A stretch of 64,000 nucleotides of DNA from an uncultured Phycisphaerales bacterium. Lineage in GTDB: Bacteria; Planctomycetota; Phycisphaerae; Tepidisphaerales; Tepidisphaeraceae. Positions 21,980 through 31,820 of this stretch are shown piece by piece. Position 1 is the first letter of the stretch; every line of letters starts with the position of its first letter. The notes beneath the pieces are model-generated. The model worked only from the letters and a program-made list of their open reading frames with translations. It made no database searches and was not told the DNA's origin. Where the stretch lies: NCBI GenBank assembly GCA_963758525.1, contig CAVWVQ010000003.1, positions 960,001 to 1,024,000 on the forward strand, read 5' to 3'. Made by a program: the position numbers and the translations under genes.

Positions 21980-22212
21980 ATGAGCCCAGAAACACTGGCG
22001 GCCGAACTGGATCGGGATCCGTTTATCCCGCTGCGCATTCGTTTGACTGACAGAAGAGCGTTAGACATCAGCAATCCCGGCCTCTGCTTCATCGCTCGCA
22101 TGGGTCTCTATGCATTTGCGCCCGCCCGCACGAGGCGCTCGCCGAGGATGTGCAGGTTGTCTCCCTTGCCCACATCGTCTCCGTCGAAACGCTCTCACCC
22201 GCGCAGCAGTGA
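21980..22212 (+). CDS. Small hypothetical protein, PFxPxRIxLxD-type family seen in planctomycetes (apparent frameshift near 22116)
   Basis: MSPETLAAELDRDPFIPLRIRLTDRRALDISNP..., continuing in the next frame as HEALAEDVQVVSLAHIVSVETL. Confidence 0.6.
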
Positions 22213-22220
22213 TCGCCCGG

Positions 22221-23903
22221 CTATTTTTCAGGAGCAGTCGGCCGCGGCTCGACGACCAGGCCGATCGCGTCCATGTTCATTCCCTGCCGGCCGAAAGTTC
22301 CTATCACCCGTTCGCCGTGACCGGCCAATTGAGTTTGTTTCCCCGGCTGCAGCGCGCCGTACCACGCGCTGGTATAGCTGTCGGCTGCGTCAACTCCGTC
22401 ACCAGTTAACTTCATAAAGATCACCTGGATGCCATCGGCGCCGTCCAGGCTTTTCACCACGACTCCGCCGACGGCGTAGCCGTCTTTGGCCATGCACAAC
22501 TCGCAGCCCGATGGAACTGCCTCGGTTGGCGTCGTCCACAACGGCTCGCAACGGCCAATGGTCAGGTGCCCCGACCAGCTGCCGATCCCGATGATAAATC
22601 CAGTCACGATTCGTCTTTCCCGGTCGGTCCGGAGATACGGGCTTCCGCCATGGCCCCCAACCATCGCCGTCTCGATCGCACCCGTAGGCAACGTGTTTGC
22701 ATTCTCATCCGAAAAATGAGCGATGCCGGCGCCGCCAGGCACGCGCGTCTGCCCAATTCGCGGCTGCGATGGCGAGCCTTGAAACCGGGGAGTGTTGATG
22801 TCGGGAAGCGTGTCGACGAACTGTTGGGCAGCCGGATTCGGCAGAAACTCCACACGGCCGTCGCTGTACAGAACGTTGATCCCCTCATGGTGGTTGCTCA
22901 TCGGCTCGTACAACATGACGGGATTCCCATACAAGCGTCCTGGCGCGATCAAAACATAGTTCTCGGATTCGCCGCTCGGCGCGCTGGGGCAGCTCAACGT
23001 CTGCGGCGAGAGCCCCTCTGCCTGCGCGAGGACGTCCAGCGACGGGGGAAACGCGTTCTGGTTGGCATTTTCGTACGCCAGCAGCGCGGCGCCGATCTGT
23101 TTCATATTCGCTGCGCACTTGACGCGGTTGGCCTGCTCGCGGGCACGACTGAACGCGGGGATGAGAATGGAGCAGGAGAGGGGAATGCCCACGATTCCGA
23201 GCACGAGACCGGCGATCGCCTGCCCCTGCCCGCGCACGCCCGGCCGCCTCGACCGGATCAGTCCGATGCTCGAAAAGATGATCGCCAGCAGACTGCACAG
23301 CGGGACGCACATGAGAATCCCCAGCACCATTCCGGCTGTCGCCATCCCATTTGCCGCTCCGCGAGCGGGCCCCTGGAACACCGGCGACCGCGGGTGCGTC
23401 CCACCCGATGGTGACAACGCTGCAAATGCGCCAATCGACCCTTCGCCGACGCCGCCATCGAGGAGATACCTGAATCTGAACTCCCCGATTTCAAGCGCGT
23501 CGCCGTCGGCCAGTTCCCGCTGCGTCACGCGATGCCCGTTGATCAAGACGCCGTTGGTGCTGTTCAGATCAACGACGGTCCAGCGCGACGGCCCAAAATC
23601 CACCCGCACCAATTTGCAATGATGGCGTGAAACCTGCTTGCCCGGCAGAACGATGTTGCAGTCGGACGCCTTGCCGATCACGATCTCGGCGCCTCCCCCC
23701 AGCACATACCGCCCGACCGCCAGCGTCGATCCCGGCTCCGCGACCAACGCCGCGTCAAAGTCACCGGCGCCGGCCCACTCGGCCAACGACTCGCCGCAAA
23801 CGATCTGCAGCACCCGCCCGCATGCCGGACAATGAAGTTTATTCTCGGCGGCACTTTCGGGAACCGTCAACTTCTTCGCGGAACAGCAGCCAAGTTCAAT
23901 CAT
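22221..23903 (-). CDS. Membrane protein: Zn-ribbon + FHA + DUF4190 + H-X9-DG pilin-like module + jacalin-like C-terminus
   Basis: CPACG; IGK...VSRHHC...DLNSTNGVLING (FHA); NGMATAGMVLGI...GQGQAIAGLVLG (DUF4190); ARE.ANRVKCAANMKQIG.AL..Y and HHEGINVLYSDGRVEF; VGGHGGSPY...DAIGLV. Confidence 0.8.
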   Translation of the reverse strand: MIELGCCSAKKLTVPESAAENKLHCPACGRVLQIVCGESLAEWAGAGDFDAALVAEPGSTLAVGRYVLGGGAEIVIGKASDCNIVLPGKQVSRHHCKLVRVDFGPSRWTVVDLNSTNGVLINGHRVTQRELADGDALEIGEFRFRYLLDGGVGEGSIGAFAALSPSGGTHPRSPVFQGPARGAANGMATAGMVLGILMCVPLCSLLAIIFSSIGLIRSRRPGVRGQGQAIAGLVLGIVGIPLSCSILIPAFSRAREQANRVKCAANMKQIGAALLAYENANQNAFPPSLDVLAQAEGLSPQTLSCPSAPSGESENYVLIAPGRLYGNPVMLYEPMSNHHEGINVLYSDGRVEFLPNPAAQQFVDTLPDINTPRFQGSPSQPRIGQTRVPGGAGIAHFSDENANTLPTGAIETAMVGGHGGSPYLRTDRERRIVTGFIIGIGSWSGHLTIGRCEPLWTTPTEAVPSGCELCMAKDGYAVGGVVVKSLDGADGIQVIFMKLTGDGVDAADSYTSAWYGALQPGKQTQLAGHGERVIGTFGRQGMNMDAIGLVVEPRPTAPEK

Positions 23904-24075
23904 GAAAAACCCCTGCCATCGCGTCCGTCCTCTGCCGTCGCGTCCATCCCACGCTCACTGAATTATGCCTCGGCCGGAGAGGATTGAAAGTAACCTACAG
24001 CAGTTTTCAGATTGATGTGGCGTTGTGATTGCCTCCGGTTTCCCCTCCGCCAACGCTTCGGTCTGTTCCAGAAAC

Positions 24076-24146
24076 GTAGGGTCCGCTCGGCGGCTCCAGC
24101 GTACGCTCCGAATCGACGAAAGCGTCGAGCCGCCGTGCGGACCATT
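24076..24146. repeat. REPIN-like GTAG doublet
   Basis: GTAGGGTCCGCTCGGCGGCTC ... GAGCCGCCGTGCGGACC (one mismatch in a 17-bp arm). Confidence 0.6.
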
Positions 24147-24964
24147 CCTCGACTTCCGCGAGAATCCTCGATGGCGCTCTCCGCTTTCCATGATGAGCGA
24201 CCCATCCAAGCTGTTTCTTTCAAATTCCGCAGACGTCAATACACCGTGATTGCTTGTCTCCTAAAGCCGACGGATCCTCCGTCGGAACTGCTCTGCGCCT
24301 GGGCCGCAGCCCGATGTCTCGAACTCTGAACTCCTGGGTTCCCTCTCCTCTCCTCCGGCCCCGATTCATGCCGTGAACCTACGAAATCCCCCCTTCGCAA
24401 TGCGACGTTTCCTGCCGCCCGAATTGCAATCAGTAAGTGTCGACCTCAGCTTTATCCCGTACGATGGCACGAAATGGCACGATTTGGCACATTATTTTTC
24501 TCAACCGACAAGAGCCGTAGCTCCAAACCTGATGGATATATACCGGGACCATAATGCATCCGTACGTCAGCACGCTAGAAGTCGAGACTCTTCGGGAATC
24601 CCACCCCTGTGGAATTTCATCGGAGGGGCATTTTAGGATAATCTCTCCCGGCGGCGCGCTGCCCCTACCGCCACGCGGCCGCTTTGAGTTTGCCGGGATT
24701 GTAATCGAGGCGGGTGCGTCCAAGTTCATTCTGGTTCCCAGCTGGATGGTAATGCTCCTGAGTGCGACACCTGCGGTGCTGGTCGGTAGCCACTATTTTA
24801 CGAGAATGCATTCGCGCTGGTGCTGCCCGATGATCCAGACGCGGGCGCGACCAACTGACCCCCGCCACCCGTGGCGGGTTTTCTCACATATTCGGCGCGA
24901 TCTTCTAATTCATCGTGCTCGCCATGCTGCTACCCTCACTTCACAAACACCACGAAAGGGCTCA

Positions 24965-25786
24965 ATGATGAATCGGCGATGCTGGCTCGCAATCGTGCTG
25001 ACCCTGCTCACCGTGCACCGGGTTCGAACCACTTTGGGAGACTCGGCACGTGCAGCGTCTCCGCCGGCCGCGGTCGCAGCATCCGACGTGCCCGCTGCCG
25101 AAATCCGGCCCTTTGGAAGCGATCCCAGCCTGCAGGACTATAAGCTCAGGTTTTCCGACGATTTCAACGGTGACGCGCTGGACAAAAACACGTGGGGATA
25201 TCGCACCGACAGTAAGGCGATGAGCGCACAGCTTCCAGAAAATGTTGCCGTTTCAGGCGGGCTTCTTCACCTGGCGGTGAAGAAGGAAGACGCCGGGAAA
25301 ATGCACTACACCGGCGGCGGAATCATCAGCAAGAAAGAGTTCACCTACGGCTATTACGAGTGCCGTTTCAAAATTCCCCCGGGGAAAGGCTGGCATACTT
25401 CATTCTGGACCATGAGAGCCGGCGGCGGCAAACCCGCCGCGCAGGAGATCGATATCTGCGAGCAGGACTCGGTGGATCATCACAAGTATTCGGCGGGCGT
25501 CATCGCCTGGGGAAACCACCGCGCCGGTCTGGGGCGGAAATATCCGCACGTCGATGCCGATCTCTCCGACGATTTCCATGTCTGGGGCGCGGAATACACG
25601 CCCAACATCGTGCGTTTCTTTTTTGATGGAAAGATGACTCACGAGGCCGATATGACAAAGGTCACGCAGGGGCCGCAGAGCATCTGGCTGACTGTCATCG
25701 GTTACCCCTCAAGGGCAACAATCGACGATACAAAGCTCCCGTCTGAAGCGACCTACGACTGGGTGCGATTCTACGAGAAGCCATGA
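24965..25786 (+). CDS. Secreted glycoside hydrolase family 16
   Basis: Signal peptide, FSDDFNG, FTYGYYECRFK, catalytic EIDICE, DFHVWGAEY; the upstream part of ORF 24554 appears unrelated. Confidence 0.88.
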   Translation: MMNRRCWLAIVLTLLTVHRVRTTLGDSARAASPPAAVAASDVPAAEIRPFGSDPSLQDYKLRFSDDFNGDALDKNTWGYRTDSKAMSAQLPENVAVSGGLLHLAVKKEDAGKMHYTGGGIISKKEFTYGYYECRFKIPPGKGWHTSFWTMRAGGGKPAAQEIDICEQDSVDHHKYSAGVIAWGNHRAGLGRKYPHVDADLSDDFHVWGAEYTPNIVRFFFDGKMTHEADMTKVTQGPQSIWLTVIGYPSRATIDDTKLPSEATYDWVRFYEKP

Positions 25787-25905
25787 GCGGGACGTGCCGC
25801 GGCTGGCCGTCAGATCCTGGTGGAGCTGATCGATGAAAACGCGTGAAGTTCGGCGTTGTGGCGTCGCATTGATGGCAGTGGCCTGAGAAATGCGAAGGTA
25901 AATGG

Positions 25906-26844
25906 CTACACAACCGACGGATGTCTGATTACCTCAACCGAGCAATGCGCGTGGGCGGCGACTTCAGACGAGACGCTGCCAAGGATCAGTCGACGCAATG
26001 TGCCGATCCCGCGCGCACCGACAAAGATGCAATCAGCATTCCAATCGGTGGCTTCTTTCATCAGGACAAAGGTGGGATCACCCGTCAGAACCTGGTGCGA
26101 CGCCACCAAGCCGCCACGATGCAGATCATCGGCGGCATCGCGTATAGCGTGGCCGATCCAGGAGCGAAATTCCTCATATGTGTGCGTCGCGGAAGCAGCA
26201 TCCGATGAAGGGTCGCGGATAGTCAACGGGATGCCCGCGTCGATGACGCCGATGACGCGGGCTTCCGTTCCGGCCGGCCAGGCTCGACGGGCAACGGCAC
26301 TGACGGCTTGCGCGGCGTCAGCAGAGGCATCCACGCCGACAAGCAGGCGAATGGGTTCCGATCCTCCGCGGGCTGGGGGACGCGCGATTCGGACGGCGCT
26401 CTGGGAATGATTCAGCACATGCAGAGAGACGCTCCCCAGCATGAGCCGGCTCAAACCATGACGGCCGTGGCATCCCATCACCACCAGATCGGGCTTCCAC
26501 GATTGAATCTGCTCGACGATCATCTGGGCGGGCGTCCCGTAGGCCGTATCCGCTTCGATGGTCCACGCGGGAAACTCACTTCGCAGACGCTCCGCGGCGC
26601 CGCTGGCGATTTCCCGCGTCTGTTCCATCTTTTTGCTCGGCGCGGGCTGTGGATCCGGCTGTCGGAGCGGATACCAAGCCATCGGTGTCGAAAGGGCCTC
26701 AACCGGGTAGAGCGCCTCAGCCGGCACTTCCTCCGCCACCGTAAAGATCCGCGCGTCAACATCCGCGGGGAGTCCCGCGCGGTGCAAATCGTCCAACGCT
26801 GCGTCGGAACATTCCGACCCGTCATATGCAATAAGAAGTTTCAT
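25906..26844 (-). CDS. Tandem-domain universal stress protein
   Basis: KLLIAYDGS...DLVVMGCHGRHG..LGSVS and LLVGVDAS...CIFVGARG..LGSVS..HAHCSVEV; GGAG RBS. Confidence 0.92.
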   Translation of the reverse strand: MKLLIAYDGSECSDAALDDLHRAGLPADVDARIFTVAEEVPAEALYPVEALSTPMAWYPLRQPDPQPAPSKKMEQTREIASGAAERLRSEFPAWTIEADTAYGTPAQMIVEQIQSWKPDLVVMGCHGRHGLSRLMLGSVSLHVLNHSQSAVRIARPPARGGSEPIRLLVGVDASADAAQAVSAVARRAWPAGTEARVIGVIDAGIPLTIRDPSSDAASATHTYEEFRSWIGHAIRDAADDLHRGGLVASHQVLTGDPTFVLMKEATDWNADCIFVGARGIGTLRRLILGSVSSEVAAHAHCSVEVIRHPSVV

Positions 26845-27232
26845 GACTGTGTCTCCATTCCATGCCGCCCGCGGACGCGGACGACGATTCAATTTATTGA
26901 GACTTTGGTGCTGCCAGTGCTGCCACCTGCCAGTGCTTCCAGCCGAATTTCGCGCAACCTCGAAGCATCATGTCGTGGCGAAGTCGCGGCGCATATCGGT
27001 TTGATTCCCCGCACGCTGGTAAGGGAAAATACCAATACTCCATCAGTCGTTGGCTGGGCTAATCATCAGGTGGCTTGGCGTGACTGTCACACGTACATGG
27101 GCTGCATTGCCGAGGAAACCCCCGCCTTATGCCCGCAGCTTGCAGATCGCGGATACGGTCATCGCCCGCGAAACTGGGCTGTGGGACCATCAGACAGACA
27201 ATATCGTCCTCTTGGCGGCGAGAATGCAGGCG

Positions 27233-27541
27233 CTATCGCCCGCCAAGGGCCGTTGCACGTTCCGCAGCTTTATCCGCGATGCCGTTACAGACCAGTGAGC
27301 ACAGCCCAAAAACCAGCGGCATCTCAATGAAATAAATCACCCGGTTGCCTTCTTGCCGCCTGCCGATCACGCCGGCTGCTGCAAGAATCCCCAGTTGCTT
27401 GGACATGTTCGCCTGCTTGCTATCGCAGCGATCGACTAAATCACCCACACTCGCTTCACCGGCCTGCAAAACCTGCAGGATTCGCAGCCGGCTCGGCTCG
27501 GACAGCACGCTGAACAGCTCGGCCACTGCTTTAAGCTGCAC
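27233..27541 (-). CDS. ArsR/SmtB family transcriptional regulator
   Basis: FSVLSEPSRLRILQVL, QANMSKQLGIL, RRQEGNRVIY; true start may be ATG 27588 if one base is missing at GGCCCGTG. Confidence 0.88.
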   Translation of the reverse strand: MQLKAVAELFSVLSEPSRLRILQVLQAGEASVGDLVDRCDSKQANMSKQLGILAAAGVIGRRQEGNRVIYFIEMPLVFGLCSLVCNGIADKAAERATALGGR

Positions 27542-27606
27542 GGGCCCATCGCTTTGTGGGATTTTGCGGATAACCGACGGCCACTCATCAACTCGTTCTC
27601 CCGCGC

Positions 27607-27635
27607 TTGACTATATTACTATACAGTGATATAGT
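27607..27635 (+). promoter_or_regulatory. Sigma-70-type promoter overlapped by a putative ArsR operator
   Basis: TTGACT-17 nt-TATAGT; imperfect inverted repeat ACTATATTAC-N6-GTGATATAGT (27610-27635) in the divergent intergenic region. Confidence 0.7.
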
Positions 27636-27689
27636 ATATCCAGCACGGGGGTTGAAGGCAAGTTCTGGTCTCAAAGCATTGGAGCTGTC

Positions 27690-28064
27690 ATGGCAACGCA
27701 CGCACAGACGTACTATCAGTCCAACGCCGCGGCGATGAAAGAAGTCCGGGCCAGGATGCCCGACGTCATCAAGGGGTTTGGCGGACTCCATCAGGCCGCG
27801 ATGAAGCCCGGCTCGCTCACGCTCGTCGAAAAGGAACTGATGGCGCTGGCGATCGGCCTGTCAGTGCGATGCGAGAACTGCATCTATGCCCATCTTCGCG
27901 CGGCCGTCATGGCCGGTGCCACGCATGAGCAGGTTTTGGAAGCCGCAGGCGTCGCGGTGCTCATGCAGGGCGGGCCGACGTACACCTACCTGCCGTACGT
28001 CACCGAGGCGCTGACTGCTTTGGATGAAATCGCAAGCGCCACGCCGCAAGGGGTGGCGCGATGA
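27690..28064 (+). CDS. Carboxymuconolactone decarboxylase/AhpD family protein
   Basis: KELMALAIG..VRCENCIYAH...GAT.EQVLEA..VAVLMQGGP; GGAG RBS. Confidence 0.9.
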   Translation: MATHAQTYYQSNAAAMKEVRARMPDVIKGFGGLHQAAMKPGSLTLVEKELMALAIGLSVRCENCIYAHLRAAVMAGATHEQVLEAAGVAVLMQGGPTYTYLPYVTEALTALDEIASATPQGVAR

Positions 28065-28651
28065 ACACCATTACCATCGACCAACTCGCCGAGAAGGTGC
28101 GCGGCAGCGCGCGGCCGCGATTGCTGGACGTGCGATCGCCGGCCGAGTTCGCAGAAGTTCACGCGACGGGCGCGTGCCTCATCCCGCTGGACGAACTGAG
28201 CCCCGCGAGCATCGCCGGCCCGATTCTAAACTCCCAGGAGCCTCTGTACGTCCTCTGTCAGGCGGGATCGAGGGCCGCCGTCGCGTGCGAGAAGCTGGCT
28301 GCGATCGGCGTCGGCAATGCCGTCCGCGTTGATGGCGGAACGGTCGCGTGGGAAAACGCCTCCCTTCCCGTCACCCGTGGTGCATTCAAGACCATCTCGC
28401 TGGAAAGACAGGTGCGCATCGCCGCAGGGGCTCTGGTTTTGGTCGGACTCTCCTTGGCGTGGCTGATTCACCCGGCGTTCGCGGGACTCAGCGCGTTCGT
28501 CGGCGCGGGCCTGGTCTTTGCCGGCATCACCAACTGGTGTGGAATGGGAATGCTGATGGCAAAGATGCCTTGGAACCGGTGCGGCACAACGCCCGCCGGT
28601 GCAAGTTCGCTGCGCCATCAGAAGGGACATAACCACACCGGCCGGGAATGA
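28061..28651 (+). CDS. Membrane rhodanese with DUF2892 (YgaP-like)
   Basis: LLDVRSPAEF, CQAGSR active-site loop, GGTVAW, SLERQVRIAAG, FAGITNWCGM; ATGA overlap with the upstream gene. Confidence 0.9.
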   Translation: MNTITIDQLAEKVRGSARPRLLDVRSPAEFAEVHATGACLIPLDELSPASIAGPILNSQEPLYVLCQAGSRAAVACEKLAAIGVGNAVRVDGGTVAWENASLPVTRGAFKTISLERQVRIAAGALVLVGLSLAWLIHPAFAGLSAFVGAGLVFAGITNWCGMGMLMAKMPWNRCGTTPAGASSLRHQKGHNHTGRE

Positions 28652-29538
28652 CCCTCGGGGTGTTCGGGTTGCTGTCCAAAAGAAAGCGTGCGGCAGCGAT
28701 CAACAACCAGAGCCTGGCTACTCGAAAATTTTGATCCCCTCCATCGCCGGCGTGCTCGATGGCGCATTGCAATGCTCGCAGCGTTGGCGGCTGACGAGAC
28801 GCCGTTTCCCGCAGGATGGGCAGGGAACGGTCGCGATGCGTTGAAAAAGGGAGGCTACCAGAACGACGCCGGAAAAACCGAAGTGAAGCAGGGAGTTAAG
28901 GCTCGCGTTCCGTTGTCTGCGATTGATTCCGGAAGGACCGAGGGTGCGAGCACCCTCGGCGTTCGCCGGCGCCATCAGCTAATGGAGAATGAGCGGATCT
29001 CCGAGCCCATGAACGCCGGGCGGTGCTCGCACCCCCGGTTCTTCGCATCGAGCGAGACGGCGATCCCTGGGTTGGCCATGTCATGCACCATGGTCCGCGC
29101 CGAGCAGAATGCGAAGGGGGTCAGGCCGGTCAGGCCAGCTTCTTGGCCGTCCAGTTCCCCGGTTTACCGTGCGTTCCCTGGCTCGAAGGCTGCGATGCTC
29201 AGTCGGCGGTCAGGTCTTTCTCATGTGCTCAACCGCGCAACTGCCGGATGAATTCCAGCACCGAATCAGCGGGGACGCATATCTGTTATTGTCGCAACGC
29301 AAGCTATTTTTTGTTTTTTACACACCGCTCGAATACGTAAAATTCTGTAAAGTCGTGTAAAGCGAACCGCTGATTCCGAGCGGCGAACAAGGGTAGACCT
29401 CCCGGCGGTCACTCGCATTGTCCCGGATTGTAAAGCGGCTGTTTGCCCCCTCGCAGTCCGGGGTTCAAGTGCCGGGCGCGCCGGGACTGCTTGCGGCTTG
29501 GGGCCGGGCTCTTCGTTGTCGCACCCGGTGCACCAAAC

Positions 29539-29569
29539 AAAAAAGCCGACGGACCAATGTCCGTCGGCT
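29539..29569 (-). terminator. Intrinsic terminator of the PA2169-family gene
   Basis: Minus strand AGCCGACGGAC-ATTG-GTCCGTCGGCT followed by a T-run, about 30 nt after the stop. Confidence 0.75.
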
Positions 29570-29596
29570 CATTGTTCTCAACACGACCCTGCGGCG

Positions 29597-30040
29597 TTAT
29601 CCCTTCGTCCAGGTATCGCGCATCTGCTTCACGCGGTCGTGCGCCCGCTTCACTTCGGCGAATTGGGTGCGGACAACCGTCGCCACGTTGGCCGGGAGCT
29701 GGGCGCTCATGGCTTTTTCGTAGCTTTTCACGGCCGAATCTTCGCCGCGCTCGGCTTCATTGAGGATCGACTTTTCGCCGCCGCCCAGGGCGCTTTTGAT
29801 GTTGATCCAGCCGCGGTGTGCGGCGGCGGCAGCACTGCCGCTTACCTCGGGCTCGCCGCCAAAGGCTGCGACTTCGCTCTGCAACTCACGCGCGAAACGG
29901 GCGCGTTGTGCTGACAGCTCATCAAAGGTGGACTTGAGCCTGGCGTCTTTCACCTCTGCGCTTGCCGTCTGAAAGCCTTTCTCACCGTCCTTGAGGGTCT
30001 CGATCAGTTCGTTCAGTGCCGAAACAGTTTCCGTGGCCAT
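29597..30040 (-). CDS. PA2169/DUF2383 family four-helix-bundle protein
   Basis: LNELIETLKDGEKGF, HRGWINIKSAL, ILNEAERGEDSAVKSYEKA; AAGGAG RBS. Confidence 0.92.
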   Translation of the reverse strand: MATETVSALNELIETLKDGEKGFQTASAEVKDARLKSTFDELSAQRARFARELQSEVAAFGGEPEVSGSAAAAAHRGWINIKSALGGGEKSILNEAERGEDSAVKSYEKAMSAQLPANVATVVRTQFAEVKRAHDRVKQMRDTWTKG

Positions 30041-30562
30041 AACGATCACACTCCTTCAGAGCCGGCTTCAGAGCGGCTCTTACTGGTTGTCAATCTGCCC
30101 CCTTGCGTTGTGGTTGAGGTCGCACAACTCGTGCCGGTTGAGCAGGAAAACGCGCGGGAACATTCAAAAAGGTCAACGTCCGCAAACGAGCTCCTCCGCA
30201 TTCATTTGCCGCAAGGCAGGCTCAGGAACGCCCTGAGGTATCCGATGGGCCGAGAAGCTGGCCTCGCAAATAATTGGCGTTCTTCGAAACGGGAGGTACT
30301 CGCCACGACGCGGAAATCTGTCCGATGGCGAAAAACCGTCGCCCACTTCGACGATCTGTCGGTCGCGTCGAATGCCGGGCAGAGGCTCGGGCCCGTCCGC
30401 AAACGGCTGGGCGGTCGGGGGTTCGTTGTAGCGGATTGAATGGATCAATTCCCGCGGATTGCAATCCGTTGGCTTTGGGAGATTTCGGAAGCGGGTTTCA
30501 TGCGGCTTCAGGCGAAGCGTGCAGGCTGGAAGCGTTTGGCACAATGTTCTATCTTGCTGGCC

Positions 30563-31528
30563 ATGGGCAAGCGGTATCTCATCACCGGCGGCGCGGGATT
30601 CATCGGATCGCATTTGGCCGAGCGCCTCGTCGGGGAGGGAAATTCTGTCGTCCTGCTCGATGACCTTTCGACGGGACGCCGGGAGAATATCGAGACGTTG
30701 CTCGGGGATGCACGCGCTCAGTTCGTTCGCGACTCGGTCGAGAACCACGCGACGGTCAATATTCTGATGTCGTCGTGCGATGCGGTGTTTCACCTGGCGG
30801 CGGCCGTCGGGGTGCAATTGATTATCGATGAGCCGGTGCGAACCATCAGCACGACGATTCATGGCACCGAGGTTGTGCTCGAGGCTGCCAACCGATATGG
30901 GCGGCCGGTGTTGATCACCAGTTCATCGGAGGTGTACGGGAAAGGCACGCGGGTGCCGTTCAGTGAGGAAGATGATGTGGTGATGGGGCCGACGAAATCG
31001 AGCCGGTGGTGTTACGCGTACAGCAAGGGCATCGATGAGTTTCTCGGTTTGGCGTATCACACGCAATTCGGGCTTCCCGTGTCGATCGTGCGACTGTTCA
31101 ACACGGTAGGCCCGCGGCAGGTTGGAATGTATGGAATGGTGTTGCCGCGCTTTGTGGATCGCGCCGTGGCGAATCAGCCGTTGCAGGTGTATGGAGACGG
31201 GAAGCAGACGCGCTGTTTCTGTCATGTCAGCGACGTGGTCGACGCATTGATCCGCCTGATGAACGCGCCGGCGGCGGTCGGGCAGGTCTTCAACGTTGGC
31301 GGAGATGAGGAAGTGTCGATCAATGCGCTGGCGGAGCGGGTGATCCGGCTGACCAATTCCTCTTCCACGCTGGAGCATCTCACCTACGAGCAGGCGTACG
31401 GCCAGTCGTTTGACGATCTGACCCGGCGGGTGCCGCGCCTGGACAAGATCCGAAAGATCTTTCCCTTCTCACCTCGGATGAACCTCGAGGAGATCATCCG
31501 CTCGGTGATCAATCGCCGGGGGCAATGA
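30563..31528 (+). CDS. NAD-dependent nucleotide-sugar epimerase/dehydratase
   Basis: ITGGAGFIGSHL, FHLAAAVGV, SSSEVYG, YAYSK, RLFNTVGPRQ, GDGKQTRCF. Confidence 0.93.
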   Translation: MGKRYLITGGAGFIGSHLAERLVGEGNSVVLLDDLSTGRRENIETLLGDARAQFVRDSVENHATVNILMSSCDAVFHLAAAVGVQLIIDEPVRTISTTIHGTEVVLEAANRYGRPVLITSSSEVYGKGTRVPFSEEDDVVMGPTKSSRWCYAYSKGIDEFLGLAYHTQFGLPVSIVRLFNTVGPRQVGMYGMVLPRFVDRAVANQPLQVYGDGKQTRCFCHVSDVVDALIRLMNAPAAVGQVFNVGGDEEVSINALAERVIRLTNSSSTLEHLTYEQAYGQSFDDLTRRVPRLDKIRKIFPFSPRMNLEEIIRSVINRRGQ

Positions 31529-31820
31529 AATATCGGACCCGCGCTGTGGGAGAAAGCGGCGTGGGCGAATTTCCGGGGGAGCAGGAGCAACTGTTTTGCA
31601 CGGCAGATCTGCAGGCTGGAAGCCCGCACCACGATGTGTGTCGCCCGAAATTCGCCCACTCCCACATAAAGCGTGCCAACGGCAAGTCCGAACACTGATG
31701 GTACCGCGCGTGTACTGTCTAACAGCGTGAGTCTCCAGACGTAACAGAGCAGAAGTGGAAAGGGGGCAACCGTCCCGGCGCAACTGGCGCCTGTTATCGC
31801 AAGCATTAGAAAATAAAGCC

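Noticed and set aside
24250..24900. N-terminal extension of the GH16 ORF (…FILVPSWMVMLLSATP…)
   Set aside because: Looks like a decayed fragment of an unrelated membrane-protein gene; GH16 has its own signal peptide from 24965
28718..28975. Minus-strand ORF ending in CPSC...CEHC
   Set aside because: Only the Cys-rich tail is convincing; upstream frames contain stops, so probably a gene remnant
29317..29570. Possible plus-strand sRNA after TTTACA...TAAAAT
   Set aside because: Promoter spacer is only 15 nt and no recognisable RNA family structure
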